Source: Chrysomallon squamiferum (lineage: Eukaryota > Animalia > Mollusca). Taken from it: a DNA stretch of 64,000 nucleotides. The stretch spans positions 2,790,001 through 2,854,000 of the forward strand of contig CM022676.1 in the NCBI GenBank assembly GCA_012295275.1, written 5' to 3'. The notes below the pieces were generated by a model. That model was not told the DNA's origin and did not search any database. It worked only from the letters and a program-made list of their open reading frames with translations. Positions 29,210 through 43,606 of the stretch are shown here, one piece after another (position 1 is the stretch's first letter; the number at the start of each line of letters is the position of its first letter). A program made the position numbers and the translations under genes.

Positions 29210-29794
29210 CAGTTACATTTCGAAACCTAATTGTCTGTTTAAAACAAATAGGGTGAAATCATTGTTATATGTTGAATGTATGTAACGAAACAAAAATCAA
29301 GTAAACAAAGAGCCAAAAAAAAAATCAAGAAGCAAACAGTTAAAAGAACACAAAAACAACAAGAAAGAAAACAAAAAGAAAAAAAATTATGATTGCCTAG
29401 TCAGATAAGAAAAGACAGGTGAAAGGTTGAATGGAAAACTTTAAAAAATAAAAATGTTCAATTACATAAATAATTATCTCTTTTACTTTAGTTCACTTAA
29501 AATAAAATTTAGAAGATACCTATTGCTTATTATTATATTTAAAAGTGTAAATTTAAAATCGAAACTTGTGTTCATTGTTTTGTTTTCCTGGAAACCGCGA
29601 TATGTTTACTATGAAGTAATTTACAGACACGACACACTTCTAAGGTGACATTTCTACAAGTTTTTCTTGGTGTTAGAAACAAAGACGTTTCTTATTACTG
29701 ATTTTTCTGTACACACCCTGCCAAGCCTGATTATTTATTTAAAACAAATGAAGTGAAATAGTGGTTAGTTGTTGAAAGTTTGCAGTGTATTTTG

Positions 29795-29849
<55 letters not shown>

Positions 29850-30801
29850 TGAATACAGAATGTATGTAATGATTTTTGTCACGTAGTACAATGACCTCGT
29901 TAACAGTGATTATCAAAATTTACCTTTCACTACCAAGAAAAATAATTTTGTCAGAGGCTTCTTAACGGTTTAATATCATTGTATAAGAGTTATCTTCCCT
30001 GAAACGCCTCGATCATTGAAAGCACGTCAAAGTTCGAGTGGAGAACTTTAAACTATTTTAATAATTATCTCAGTGGTAACGTGATTTTTAATTTAGTTTT
30101 CATAAAATAAAATTAGGAATACATTATGATGATAACTACCAGTTATCATTATTTGTAAATTTTAAATTGAAATTTGTATCAATTGTTTTGTTTTCCTGGA
30201 AAATGCAAGATGTTTGCTGAGAAGTAATTTACAAACAGGACATACCGCTAAAGGTGAAATTTCTAGAAGGTAAGTTTTTCTTTGTGTTATTACTAAAGAT
30301 TTTTCTTATAACTGCCTTTTTCAATAAGTACATCTCGAAACGAATTGCCTGTTTAAAACAAATACAATGAAATCTTGGTTATGTATTGAATGTATGCAAT
30401 GTATATTGGATGTATATGAAATTGATAGAGGGAAGGGTTAGGCTTTAGATAGGAAAGATTTGCGAAATGTTGCTAATTTTATATTATAAAGTTTACACTG
30501 TAAACTTGGCCAGGGCTTGTCTCTATATCCACTGAGTCAGCAAACCAAACTGTGAAGCTGACATCTACTTCAGCTAAAATATCATTCAGAACTTCAGAGA
30601 ATAAAATATGTAGATATCAGTTTTATTTATTTATTTTATTTCATTTATTAGCAACTTGGAAACCCTGCATAATCCGCCCCTCGAATAAAGAATGTATGTA
30701 ATAGACTTTGTCACGTAGTCCAGTGACCTAGTTAATAATGTTATCAAACTTTACCTTCGAGAATGTTCGGCGCTTCGACATGCGAAAAACAATGTAGATA
30801 A

Positions 30802-30852
<51 letters not shown>

Positions 30853-31253
30853 TTATACTCTAAAATAAATAAATAAATAAATATATATATATATATCTAC
30901 AGTATGACAAAAAAAAACAGGAATAAAAAAAATTGAAAAACTGGTCTAATTAAACTGACTTATATAAATGGTACCTGTGAGTATTACGCTGAAAATAAAT
31001 ATTTAATTTTATTATCCACAAAATAATTTTCTCAAAAATAATTGTTAAAGATGCAACGTCTGATGTTCCTCTAAAAGTTATCTACTCAGATAAAACGCAG
31101 GTCAAAGTTCGAGTGGAAAACTTTTTAAAATAAAAATACTGAAATGCATTAATAATTATTTCAACCGTACAGTGACTTTTTACTTTATTTTTCATAAAAT
31201 AAAATTAGAAGTATATTAAGACGAAAACAAGTACTTATTTTTATATCTGAAAG

Positions 31254-31285
<32 letters not shown>

Positions 31286-31624
31286 GAAAGTATTTATTGT
31301 TTTGGTTTCCTGGAAACAGTCAAACGTTTACTGGGAAGTAATTAAAACACAGGACACATTTCTGAAGGTGACGTTTCTAGAAGGTAAGTTTTTCTTTTCG
31401 TTAGAAACAAAGATTGTTCTTATTACTGATTTTTCTATAGATATATTTCGAAACCTGATAGTCTGTTTAAAACTAATAGAGTGAACTCGTGTTGAACGTA
31501 TGTAGTATATTTTGGATGTACATATAAAGAATACAGAATTTATGTAATGAATTTTGTCACATAGTACAGTGACCTCTTTAAGAATGATTATCACTCTTTA
31601 CTTCCAAGAAAGCCCACCATTACA

Positions 31625-31691
<67 letters not shown>

Positions 31692-33058
31692 TGATGATAA
31701 TAGTAGTAATTATAAAATAAAATAAAATAAAATAAAACTTAGGAAAAACAAAAATCCAAAAAGAGCCCCATTCCCCACCAAAAGAAAAGAAACAAACGAA
31801 GAAATGAAAAAAAAGAAAAGAAGAACGAAATAAAAAGAAAAGAAATTAGAGGGTGGAAAAAACCTAATACAAAATAATAAACCTAAACTCACTTGAATAA
31901 ACTGTCAGGTATAACATGGTGGACGGAGGATATTTATTGATATAAATATTTAATTTTATTACCAAAAAAATAATTTCGTCAAATGCTTCTTGATGGTTTA
32001 AGGATCAGTGTATAAGTGTTATCTCCCTGAAACTCCTCATTGTTAGAGTGGATAACGTTTGAAAAATAAATCACTATATCAATGGTAAAGTGACTTTTTA
32101 TTCAGTTTTCATAAAATAAAATTAGAAGTATATTAAGACGAAAACAAGTACTTATTTTTTATATCTAAAAGTGTATATTTTTTTAAATTGAAAGTATATA
32201 TTATTTGGTTTCCTGGAAAGAGTCAAATGTTTACTGGAAAGTAATTAACACACAAGACAGATTGTTAGAGTGGATAACGTTTGAAAAATAAATCACTGTA
32301 TCAATGGTAAAGTGATTTTTAATTCAGTTTTCATAAAATAAAATTAGGAATATATTAAGAAGATAACTGCTACTTATTATTATATTTAAATGTGTAAATT
32401 TAAAATTGAAATTATTAACTATTTTGTTTTATTTTCAGGGAAACATCCGTTTACTAGGAAATAATTTACATATAGAACACATTGCTAAAGGTGACGTTTC
32501 TAGAAGGGGTAAGTTATTACTTTTGTTATAAACAAATATTTTTATTATTAGTGATTTTTATCTAGATACATTTCTAAACATAATTGTTTATTTATAACAA
32601 ATACACTGAAATCTTCGTTATGTGTTGAATGTATGCAATGTATATTGGATGTATATGTAATGAAGGAGCGGATTAGTATTTAGATAATGAAGATTTGCGA
32701 AACAATAACTAAATATCCGTAGTTTCAAATTAGAAAGATTACACTTGTAAACTTTACAGTATTTGTCTGTTCACAGTTATTCGCTTTGCTCTCTTCCATC
32801 GTCAGCAAATCAAACTGTGAAGCTGACATCTAGTTCAGCTAAAATATTATTCAGTACTTCAGAGTGTACCCAGAAGTTGATATCAGTTTTATCAATTTTA
32901 TTTATTTATTAGCAACTTGGAAACCCTGCATAATCCGCCCCTCGAATAAAGGATGTACGTAATACACTTTGTCACGTAGTCCAGTGACCTAGTTAACAAT
33001 GTTATCAAACTTTACCTTCGAGAATGTTCGGCGCTTCGACATGCGAAAAACAATGTAA

Positions 33059-33127
<69 letters not shown>

Positions 33128-33847
33128 TAATAATATATATATATATATACAGCTACAGTACGACAACAATAACAGCAATAAACAAATAAAAAACCGGACT
33201 AATTAACCTGACAAATATAAATGGTACATTTGAGTATTACGCTGAAAATAAATATTTAATTTTATTACCCACAAAATAATTTTCTGAAAAATAATTATTA
33301 ACGATGCAACGACTGATGTTCCTCTAATATTTATCTACTCAGATAAAACGCAGGTCAAAGTTCGAGTGGAAAACTTTAAAAAAATAAAAATACTGAAATG
33401 CATTAATAATTATTTCAACCGTACACTGACTTTTAACTTTATTTTTCATAAAACATAATTAGAAGTATATTAAGACGAAAACAGCTACTTATGAGTTATA
33501 TTTAAAATTGTAATCTTTAAACTGAAAGTAGTATTTATTGTTTTGTTTTCCTGGAAACAGTCAGATGTTTACTGTTAAGTATTTTACACACAGCACACAC
33601 TGGTGAAGGTGACTTTTCTAGACGGTAAGTTTTCTTTGTGTTAGATTTTTCTTATTACTTTATGTCTATAGATACATTTCGAAACCTAATACTCTATTTA
33701 AGACAGTGAAATATTGGTTATTTGTTGAAGCTATGTGGTATGTTTTGGATGTATATATAAACAATGCAGAATTTATGTAATGAATTTTGTCACGTAGTAC
33801 AGTGACCTCTTCAACAGTGATTGTCAAAATTTACCTCCGAGAAAGTG

Positions 33848-33886
<39 letters not shown>

Positions 33887-33892
33887 ATAGTA

Positions 33893-33972
<80 letters not shown>

Positions 33973-34999
33973 AAGAATGACTGTAATAAAATAAAATGAA
34001 GAATAAGCGCAATATCATCTGAATAAACTGTCAGCTATAACATGGCAGATCTGAGGATTATTCTGGATATAAATATTTAATTTCATTAGAAAGAAAACTA
34101 ATTTTGTCGAATGTTTCTTAATACTTTCATGATCAATGTTTGTACAAGAGTTATCTTCCCTGAAACATCTCATAAAACGTAGGTCAAAGTTCGGGGAAGT
34201 CCGGCTCTGAGTCTGACGCCTAGATCATAAAAGCAGGTCATAGTTCAAGTGGATAACTTTTGAAAATAAAAATACTCAGTTACATTAATTATCTCGATGG
34301 TATAGTGATTTTTAATTTAGTTTTCAGAAAATAAAATTAAGAATATTTTAAGAAGATAACTATTACTACCATTATTTCTAAATGAGTAAATTTATAACTG
34401 AAATTAGTATCCATTGTTTTGTTTTCCTGGAAATTGTCAGACATTTACTGAGAAGTAATTTACATACAGGACACACTGCTGAAGGTAGGTTTTTATTTGT
34501 GTTAGAAGTAAAGCTTTTTCTTAATACTGACTTCTCTGTAAATACATTTCGAAACCTAATTGCCTGATTAAAACAAATACAGTGAACTCCTGGTTTTGTG
34601 TTAAATGTATAAAATGTATATTGGATGTACATGTAATGAATACAAGGGAGAATTAGGCTTTAGATAAGGAATGTTTGCGAAAGAATAAGTAAATGTCTGT
34701 ACTTTCAAATTATAAAGTTTACACAGTTGTTCACATTGCTGTCTGTTCACCAATGATTGTGGACATATCCACTGCGTCAGCAAAGCAAAGTGTGAAGCTG
34801 ACATCTAGTTCAGCTAAAATATCACTCAGAGCTTCAGAGATGTAGACATCAGTTTTATTTGTTTTATTTAACTTATTAGCATCTGGTCTCCCCCACCGTA
34901 ATCTGGCTCTAGATTCAAAAATGAATGTATTAGTTAACAATGTTATCTGACTTTACCTTCGAGAAAGTTCGGAGCACAGACAACCGAAAACCAATGTAG

Positions 35000-35070
<71 letters not shown>

Positions 35071-35830
35071 CACAAGTAACAAAAATAATCCCTACAAATA
35101 TCTACAACAACAAAAACAAACAAATCAAAAATGGCCTAATTAAACGGTCAGAACTTTGAACCTTTGCGTATTACGCTGAAAATAAATATTTAATTTTATT
35201 AGCCCCAAATACAGTTTTCTCAACAATAATGGTTAACCACTGAACGATTTCTGTTTGTCTAACTGTTATCTGTTCAGATAAAAAAACACACAAAAAACAG
35301 GTCAGAGCTAGAGTGCATATTTTCAACAACAACAAAAAAAAAAATATATTCAATTGCATTAATAATTATCTCAACCGTAAAGGTATTTTTAATTTAGTTT
35401 TCATAAAATAAAGTTAGGAATGTATTAAGAAGATAACTGTTAGTTATTATTATATTAAAAAGTTGTAAATTTAAAATCGAAAGTTGTATTCATTGTTCTG
35501 TTTTCCTGGAAACCGGGAGATGTTTCCTGGGAAGTAATTTACATACAGGACACACTGCTGAAGGTGACGTTTCTACAAGGTAAGTTTTTCTTTGTGGCAT
35601 AAACCAAGTTTTTTCTTATCATTGATTTTTCTGAAGATACACTTCGAAACCAGATAGTCTGTTTGAAAGAAATACAGTGAAAACTGTTTATTTGTTGAAG
35701 GTTTGCAGTGAATTTTGTGTGGATATATATCATGAATACAAAATGTATGTAATGATTTTTTTCACGTATTACAATGACCTCGTTAACAATGATTATCAAA
35801 CTTTATCTTCAAGAAAGTGCGCACTTAGAA
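29210..35830 (+). repeat. AT-rich modular repeat family B, tandem array of ~0.7-1.2-kb diverged units upstream of copy 4
   Basis: Recurring modules: gtcacgtagt(a/c)cagtgacct at ~29878, 30711, 31556, 32971, 33789, 35762; caggtcaaagttcgagtgg; gaagtaatttacatacaggacacactgctgaaggtgacgtttctagaaggtaag; gtgaagctgacatctagttcagctaaaat; (AAT)n spacers. Confidence 0.88.
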
Positions 35831-36939
35831 TAATAATCATGGTGATGATGATGCTGTTAATAATGATAATGATAATAATAATAATAACAATAATAATGAG
35901 TAATAATAATATTAATCATAATAATAATGATAATATTAATAATAATAATAAGAGTAATAATAATAATAATAGTAATAGTAATAATAATAATAATGATAAT
36001 AAAACAAAAAGTTGATAATGATGATAATGATCATGGTGATGATGATGATAGTGATAATGATATTGATAATAATAATAAAGTTTGGAGTGATACCGAGTTC
36101 GTTTTATTTTTACGACTAAGAAAACAAATAAAAATAATTTAAAAAGCTACAGACTAACAATAGCAGCTGATGATGATTATGTTAATAATGATAATAATAA
36201 TGATAATAATAATAATTAGAGTAATAATACTAATGATGATGACGATACTAATAATAATCATAATGAGTAATAATAATAATAATAAGAAGAAGAAGAAGAA
36301 GAAGAAAATGAATATTCAAGTAACAAATAAATAAACAAATAAACAAATAAATTCAAAACTCCAACTGAGCAGTGATAAATTGATAATAAATAAACTTATT
36401 TCCTGATTTTTGTTTCAGGGACGAATAAGTCAGGGCGTGACGCTACATAAAATAAAGAACAGGGGAGAGATTTAAGATATAAAAATAAAAACAAATATTT
36501 TTAAGCTACCTTTATATTTTATATTACTGCAATATTGCTGAAAGCCCGAATACACACACAAGTATATACAAACACACATAGTTATATACTCATAAATGCA
36601 TATACACATACATGCATCTTCAGAGGAACATGGACACAGACACTAAAACACACAGACACATGTGTTCTAGGTGACAATGAACGAATGTTGATATCAACGG
36701 AACGGTTTGAAATGAAATTCATTTTATTTTTAACGATAAATTTAGAAACAACAACTATAACGACAACAATCATATGCACTTGAACATAGTGAGCGCCTAG
36801 TCATCAAAAAACAGCCTGATACTATCTTATAACTTTATTATCTTTACAAAAGTCTTATTAGTTACCTTCTGTTAAAACCATACAAACTGACAATAGCAGA
36901 TCTAAAATAAAATGGTTTATGTTGTCTTCTAATTTGAAA

Positions 36940-37010
36940 ATACGTGACCACACATTGAAGATGTATGTCAGTGACTGGATTGCTGATGTCGTTATCGTGT
37001 AAAGCTGCAT
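36940..37010 (+). promoter_or_regulatory. Diverged copy of the conserved upstream block, copy 4
   Basis: tacgtgacc...tgtcagtgactggattgctgatgtcgttatcgtgtaaagctgc aligns with 53194-53255. Confidence 0.5.
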
Positions 37011-37205
37011 TTCGGCCGAATATTTTTCTCTTTCTCAAACATATACACACGCACGCACACACACACACACACACGCACGCACACACACAAACACATACAC
37101 AGAAACGCACACACACAGACCAAAAATATAAACAGTTTATTTCTTTGTTTATCTTAAAATAAATATTATTTTCTGTTAACATTTTATTAATTCAGTGATA
37201 ACAAA

Positions 37206-38976
37206 ATGGCTGCAGCAGAAGCTGATACTGTGGATGATGTAATAAACGCTAAAGAAACCGAAGTCGTGGATGACGTAACCACCCCTCGAGAAACAGAAGT
37301 AAAAAATTCTTCCGGTTTTGTTGATGACTGGCAACATGAACGAAGTATCCTTGAAAGTCTCCGATATTCTCTCAAAGAAAACATTCTCTGTGACGTCACA
37401 TTCATTGTCGGAGAGGACAAGACACGTTTCCAAGCTCACAAGTTGATACTCAGTCTGCGCAGCTGTGTGTTTCACGCCATGTTGACAGGAGATCTGAAAG
37501 AACAGGGTGATATTGTAATCCCAGATGCCGAAGAAGAAATTTTTCACTTGTTTTTAGAGTAAGAAATTATCCATTTTATTTTATTTTTTAATGAATTAAT
37601 TAATATGTATGTATTATATATGTGTGTGTGTGTGTGTATTTGAGTATCTGAACTTCTCTGTCTTATGTGAGTCTGTATTTTTGTTTGGATAAATATATAC
37701 CTATTATTCTTCTATAACATTTTTATGTATATAGATTTGTTCATGTATTTATATATTTTTGTATGTGTTAGTGTGCGTATTTATTTCTAAGCATGCATCC
37801 ATGTATGTATTTAAATGTGTGTATGTGCGTGCGCGTGTGTGTGTGTGTGTGTGATTATTAAACTGTATTTGTTTTTCTTCCAGATTTCTTTATACTGATG
37901 AAACAGACTTTAAAGCCGACAACGTCATCCGGTTATTGTGCCTTGCCAGGAAGTATGACGTCATTCATTTAGAAAACAAATGTCTTAACTACATTGAAAC
38001 AGAAATGACGGAAGAAGACGCATGCTTCGTACTGGAAGAAACCCACACGTATAAACAAGACGATTTCACAGAATCGTGTCTCAGATGTATTTGGGCAAAC
38101 GGTGAAGCTGTACTGAATTCAGAGAGTTTCACAGATCTCTGTCGTGAATGTTTTAGAAAGATAATTGAACCTGATGATCTGAACGCCACTGAGGAGACAG
38201 TTTTTCAGTCCAGCATGAAATGGAGTGAAGCTGAGTGCAGACGACAGGAAAAAGAAATAACAGCAGAAAACCAACGTGAAATGCTGGGAAAAGAGTTGTA
38301 CCTCATTCGCTTTCCTCTTCTCGACTCAGAGTATTTTCAAAATCATGTTTTGACTAAAGATATTTTAACTGAATCTGAAAAGTTCGAAACTGTCTGTTCC
38401 TATGTCTACCCAAAGAAAGATGTGTCACTTTTCAGCTGGAGGCGCAGAGTTGGTACAAAGAAGAAGTTAATCAAAATTGATAGATTTGAAAATATTTGTT
38501 TCCAGGGAATCGATGATTTTCTTTCCTGGTACTGGGATACGATAACATTTTGTTTAAACACGAATGCGTCTTTGAAGGGCTTTAGTATCCTCACTTTTCC
38601 AAGAAAAAGAGAAATTCAAATACCTGGGTGTTCTGGAAGAGTTCAAGTTCAAACTAGTAATATCGTTTCAATCAAAGCTAGTGTTTGTGAAGTTTTGACT
38701 GATGTGAAGGTGCCAGGATCTTCAGTAGATACACAAATCAGCGAGTCTGCTTTTGATATTGATTTTCCACGTCCTTTAAAGATAAAGAAAGACACACAGT
38801 ATAAATTGACTGTTCAAACTGAAAGAAGAGTTAGATGTAAAACAGTGAACAGACAAGGGGAGATAAGTGAAGGCTTTCTGAAGTGTACATTGACAGGTGA
38901 CGATATATTTACTCGTACTCGTGGCACGTTCGGGACTAAAACAAACTTTATATCACGATTAATATTCCTCCTGTGA
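37206..38976 (+). CDS. BTB/POZ-BACK-PHR-like domain protein (BTBD1/2/3/6-like), copy 4, intact, 481 aa
   Basis: Exons 37206-37558 and 37884-38976 with a phase-2 GT-AG intron (ttaga|gtaag ... ttccag|atttctttat); 1446 nt, no internal stop. BTB motifs CDVTFIVG..AHKLILSLRSCVFHAML and FLEFLYTD; BACK motifs EETVFQSSMKWSEAECRRQ and LYLIRFPLL; PHR-like RF..D.ITF..N..LKGF..FP.PL.I....Y.LTV. Confidence 0.93.
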
Positions 38977-40377
38977 ATCTGATGTACAACATATTTGTAC
39001 TACGTAGTATTCTCTACATACACATCTACTATACACTCATACGTACTCATTTATGCATATACACTCATTAAGAGATTTGCACACATACATATAACCCATA
39101 AACACATTAAAGATACACTAATAAACTTACACAGACATACATTGACAAATATATACGCACATACACTCATAAACATACACACATGTAAACTGTTAAATTT
39201 ACACACAGACCCACACGTAATTGTTAAACGCACATACGCACATAGGCGTATACTCGTAAACAGATATACCTACACCTAAATTCATAAATACACATAGAAG
39301 TACGTTTTGAAATGCACAAACATACAAACGCACACACACGTACACTTATAAACGCTCATACACACACACATACTCAGCAGCTCACAAATCATTTCGGTAG
39401 AAAATAATTATTTTCAGAAGACGAAAGAACATTACGTCAACTCATTGAAAAACCCTGGATAAACCTTTTGTAAATAAACCTTTCAGTCAGCATTCTAATT
39501 GTTGTTTCAGATAATAGTATTATTATTATTAATTTTACTGTCTAATAATTTACGACTTTGTTTGAAAACCTTTATCATAGTATCGTGTCATCTGTGTGCT
39601 TTGATCACGTTTTGAAAACATTATTTATATTATGTAATGCATATTTTATATATATATATTGTATTTATTATGTAATTAATTACAACATACAAATCATTAA
39701 TTATGAAGGTTGTATACAATACTATTCTATGCTATACTATAATATGTAGTGCTTTTCCGTACTGTTTTGTAGTATGTTCATGTATTTTTAAAAGTTATAT
39801 TCTTAGTGTGAATGACAAATATTAATTGATAATAATACAATTACATTTTTATATTGAAAAATTATCTATAACTGTAGGTCTTAAATTGTAGTGGGAATTT
39901 TATCTTCATTTTTTAAAGTAAAATTATAAACTTATGCTCAATACATGACTTAAATTTTTTAAATAATATTTTAGTATGAGTTAAATCTATTGATTGATAA
40001 TAATATAATAATTTTTATTGCATTTTTAAAGTTTAGGATTCAATTACTGTTTTATACTTGTTTTCCAGAGGAAGAGCTAAAGTAATCATTTTCAAAATGT
40101 AAAAATTAATCGATAATATTTTTCACATATTCATCAAAATATTAATGAATAATAATCTAAATGTATTTGTATTTTCATTTTTTATTATATATATACACAC
40201 ACATATATATATATATACATATATCTTTTATAATTTATAATTTTGATTCTTTTTCAATTTGAGTTATAATATTTTTGCAAAATAATGTTTGACATTCCTT
40301 GTTGTTTGTTGCAGATGTCAGTAATCTTTGTATATTTTTCATTCTACTAAAATATTATTACGTATAATAATAGCAAT

Positions 40378-40448
<71 letters not shown>

Positions 40449-40974
40449 GGACACTTATGGTAGAGTATAATTGCATGTGTAATGAATGCTCAAAGTGTAC
40501 AGTTTATTATTCCCTGACTCAAACCTTTTCCTATGCAACACGCGTCTGAACTCTGTGGACAGCAAGCTGACATACTGGCTAAAATATTTATGCCTATTAA
40601 TCTAAATATATTTCTATTAACAGTTTTCAATTTTAATATTGTTTTCTTAAATATTTGATTTTCAATCTGAATTATAAAATTTGGTGAAAATAATGTTTTG
40701 CATTCATTGGTTTTAATTGTAGATGTCAGTAATCGTTTTATGTTTTTGTTTTTAGTAAACAGTTTCTAGATAATAATTACAATGTATTGCATTATTATTT
40801 TAAGAGACAGTAAGCATAGAATTCCATTTGTAATGAATGCTCAAACTGCACAATTTTTTGTTTTCTTGACTCAGAGCTTTTTCTATCCAAAACAAACCTA
40901 TTCAACCATATTGGCGCAATGCACTAATCAAACATGTGACCATCATATCAGGTTCTCTGTTATGGTCAAGTAAA

Positions 40975-41070
40975 TCACAGTCACCACATGATAACATTGC
41001 AGATCCGAGTCATCGAACTCGCGACCTTTCAGTTACACGTCCAGCGATAAAACAGCTGTACAATCACGAG
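40975..41070 (-). mobile_element. tRNA-derived SINE head (degenerate)
   Basis: Minus strand ...gctggacgtgtaactgaaaggtcgcgagttcgatgactcgg has a B-box/T-arm-like GAGTTCGA but no complete cloverleaf; second copy at 59590-59685. Confidence 0.55.
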
Positions 41071-41789
41071 AAAATAATTTATTCGTATCTGATTTTTTTA
41101 ATATGAAAATGAGTAATTGTAATTGTTACAGTAATTTTTGGAATATTTTATTTAATTTTGTTTGTTTGTTTATTTATTTATTTATTTTCAAAGTTCAAGT
41201 GCATAACTTTTAAAAATCAAATACTCAGTTGTCTTAATACTTATCTTAGCAGTAAAGTGATGTTACAAATATTTACACGCACACATTAAATAGCCAAATC
41301 ATAAATTGTAAATAAACAAGGAAGTAAATAGGTAAATAAATAAATAAGGAAGTAAATAATTAAATAAATAAATATAAAAATAAATAAATAAATGAAAAAA
41401 CGTAATAAAACAGCAAAAACAAATGAATCAACGAATGACCAAATAAATATGTAAGGAAATAAATAAAGAAATAAACGAAATTTAAAAAAAAATCTGAGAA
41501 AGAACATTCAGAATTAAAAAATATGAAGCCAAATGAGAATAAAAGAAGAATAAAAAAAATTAAGTCGAGTAAATAAAGTAGATTAAACTATTCTATAACA
41601 GCTACTACTACCAGTACTACTAATAATAAAACTATTACTACCACTACTACTACTACTACTAAAATTACTGCTACTACTACTACTAATAATTAAACGACGG
41701 AGGAAAATAACGAAATAACTAGATGGGAGGAGATAAAGAGGGAGAAAAAATAGAAAACCAAAACAGAGCAAAAAACGAACACATAAACA

Positions 41790-42724
41790 AACTGTCAGTT
41801 AGAAAGTATTATTATTATTATAAAAATTATGTTCAAAATCAATATTTCATTTCATTATCGATAATTAAAAAATAATTCTGTGAAAGCCGTCATAATACTT
41901 TTACGATCAGTGTTTGTATAACAGTTATCTTCCCTGAATCATTAGCTGACAAAACGCAGGTCAAAGTTCAAGTGCATAACTTTTAAAAATCAAAATACTC
42001 AGCTGTCTTAATACTTATCTTAGCAGTAAAGTGATTTTTCATTTAGTTTTCATAAAATAAAATAAGGAATAAATTAAGATGATAACTATTAAATATCATT
42101 ATTTCTAAAAGGAGTAACTTTAAACTTGTAATTTTTATTGATTATTTTATTTTCCTGGAAACTGTCAGACATTTAACAGGGAAGTAATTTACATAGAGCA
42201 CACTGCTGAAAGTGACGTTTCTACAAGGTTAGTTTTTATTTGTGTTAGAAAGATTTTTCCGATTACTGCCTTTTTCTGTAGAAATATTTCTAAACTAAAC
42301 AGTCTGTTTAAAACAAATGCAGTGAAGTGTTGGTTATTTAAGTATTTGTCTGTTCACAGCTGTTAGCATTGTTGTCTCTTCGCCATTGCTTGTCGCCATA
42401 TCCACTGCATCAACAAACCAAAGTGTGAAGCTGACATCTAGTTCAGCTAAAATATCACTCAGAGCTTCAGAGAGTGCACATATGTAGATATCAATTCTAT
42501 TTATTCATTTTATTTCATTTATTAGCAACTGGGAACCCCACATAATCCGGCCCTACAGTAAAGAATGTATGGAATCGATTTTGCCACGTACTACAATGAC
42601 CTCGTTTACAATAATTATCAAATTTACCTTCGGGAAAGTTCGACGCTGAGTTATTCGTGAACTAATGTAGACAACAACAACAACAACATCACGAACATAA
42701 TAATAATAGTACTAGAAGTAGTAA

Positions 42725-42763
<39 letters not shown>

Positions 42764-42930
42764 CAGCAGTCAATAAAATAAAATAAAATAAAACTGAAAA
42801 AAAAGATAAAGATGCAACAAAAGAACACTTCCCAATGTAGAAAAGATAATAATAATAATAATAATAATCATAATAATAATAATAGTAGTAGTAGTAATAG
42901 TAGAAGTAGTAGTAGTAGAAGTAGTAGTAA

Positions 42931-42983
<53 letters not shown>

Positions 42984-43370
42984 AAAATAAAAGAAAATAA
43001 ATAAAATAAACGTTCCCACGGCAAATGTTCGAGTGGATAACATTTAAAAGTAAAAATATTCTATTAAAATCCTAATGTCATTTTTATTTTATTAAAATTG
43101 CTGTGATTTTTAATTTGGTTTACGTAAAATAAAATTAGGAATATATTAGGACGATAGCTACTAAGTAATTTACATACAGATCTCACTGCTGAAGTAGACA
43201 TTTCTCCAAAGTAAATTTTTCTTTGTCAGAGAAACAAAGATTTTTTTTTTACGACTGATTTTTCTGGAGATACATTTTGAAATCTCATTGTCTATATAAA
43301 AGTGTATTTTTGATGTATATGTAACGAAAACAATGATTATCAAACTTTACATCCGAAAAAGTGCGCTGAT
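41790..43370 (+). repeat. Repeat family B units upstream of copy 5
   Basis: Same modules (gttatcttccctgaa ~41924, caggtcaaagttc ~41957, gtgaagctgacatctagttcagc ~42425, ccacgtactacaatgac ~42584) with (TAG)n/(AAT)n tracts. Confidence 0.85.
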
Positions 43371-43399
43371 GAAACACACACACATGCACACACACACAC

Positions 43400-43518
<119 letters not shown>

Positions 43519-43606
43519 CGGAGACCTTTGATTGTTTAATTATTTTACAAATAAATATTATCTTTTTCAGTGTTGTCATTTTCTTTATTAATTTAGTAAT
43601 AACAAA

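Noticed and set aside
40975-41070. Possible tRNA gene (also 59590-59685)
   Set aside because: Only a B-box/T-arm-like part is recognisable; acceptor and D stems do not pair, so it is treated as a SINE head.
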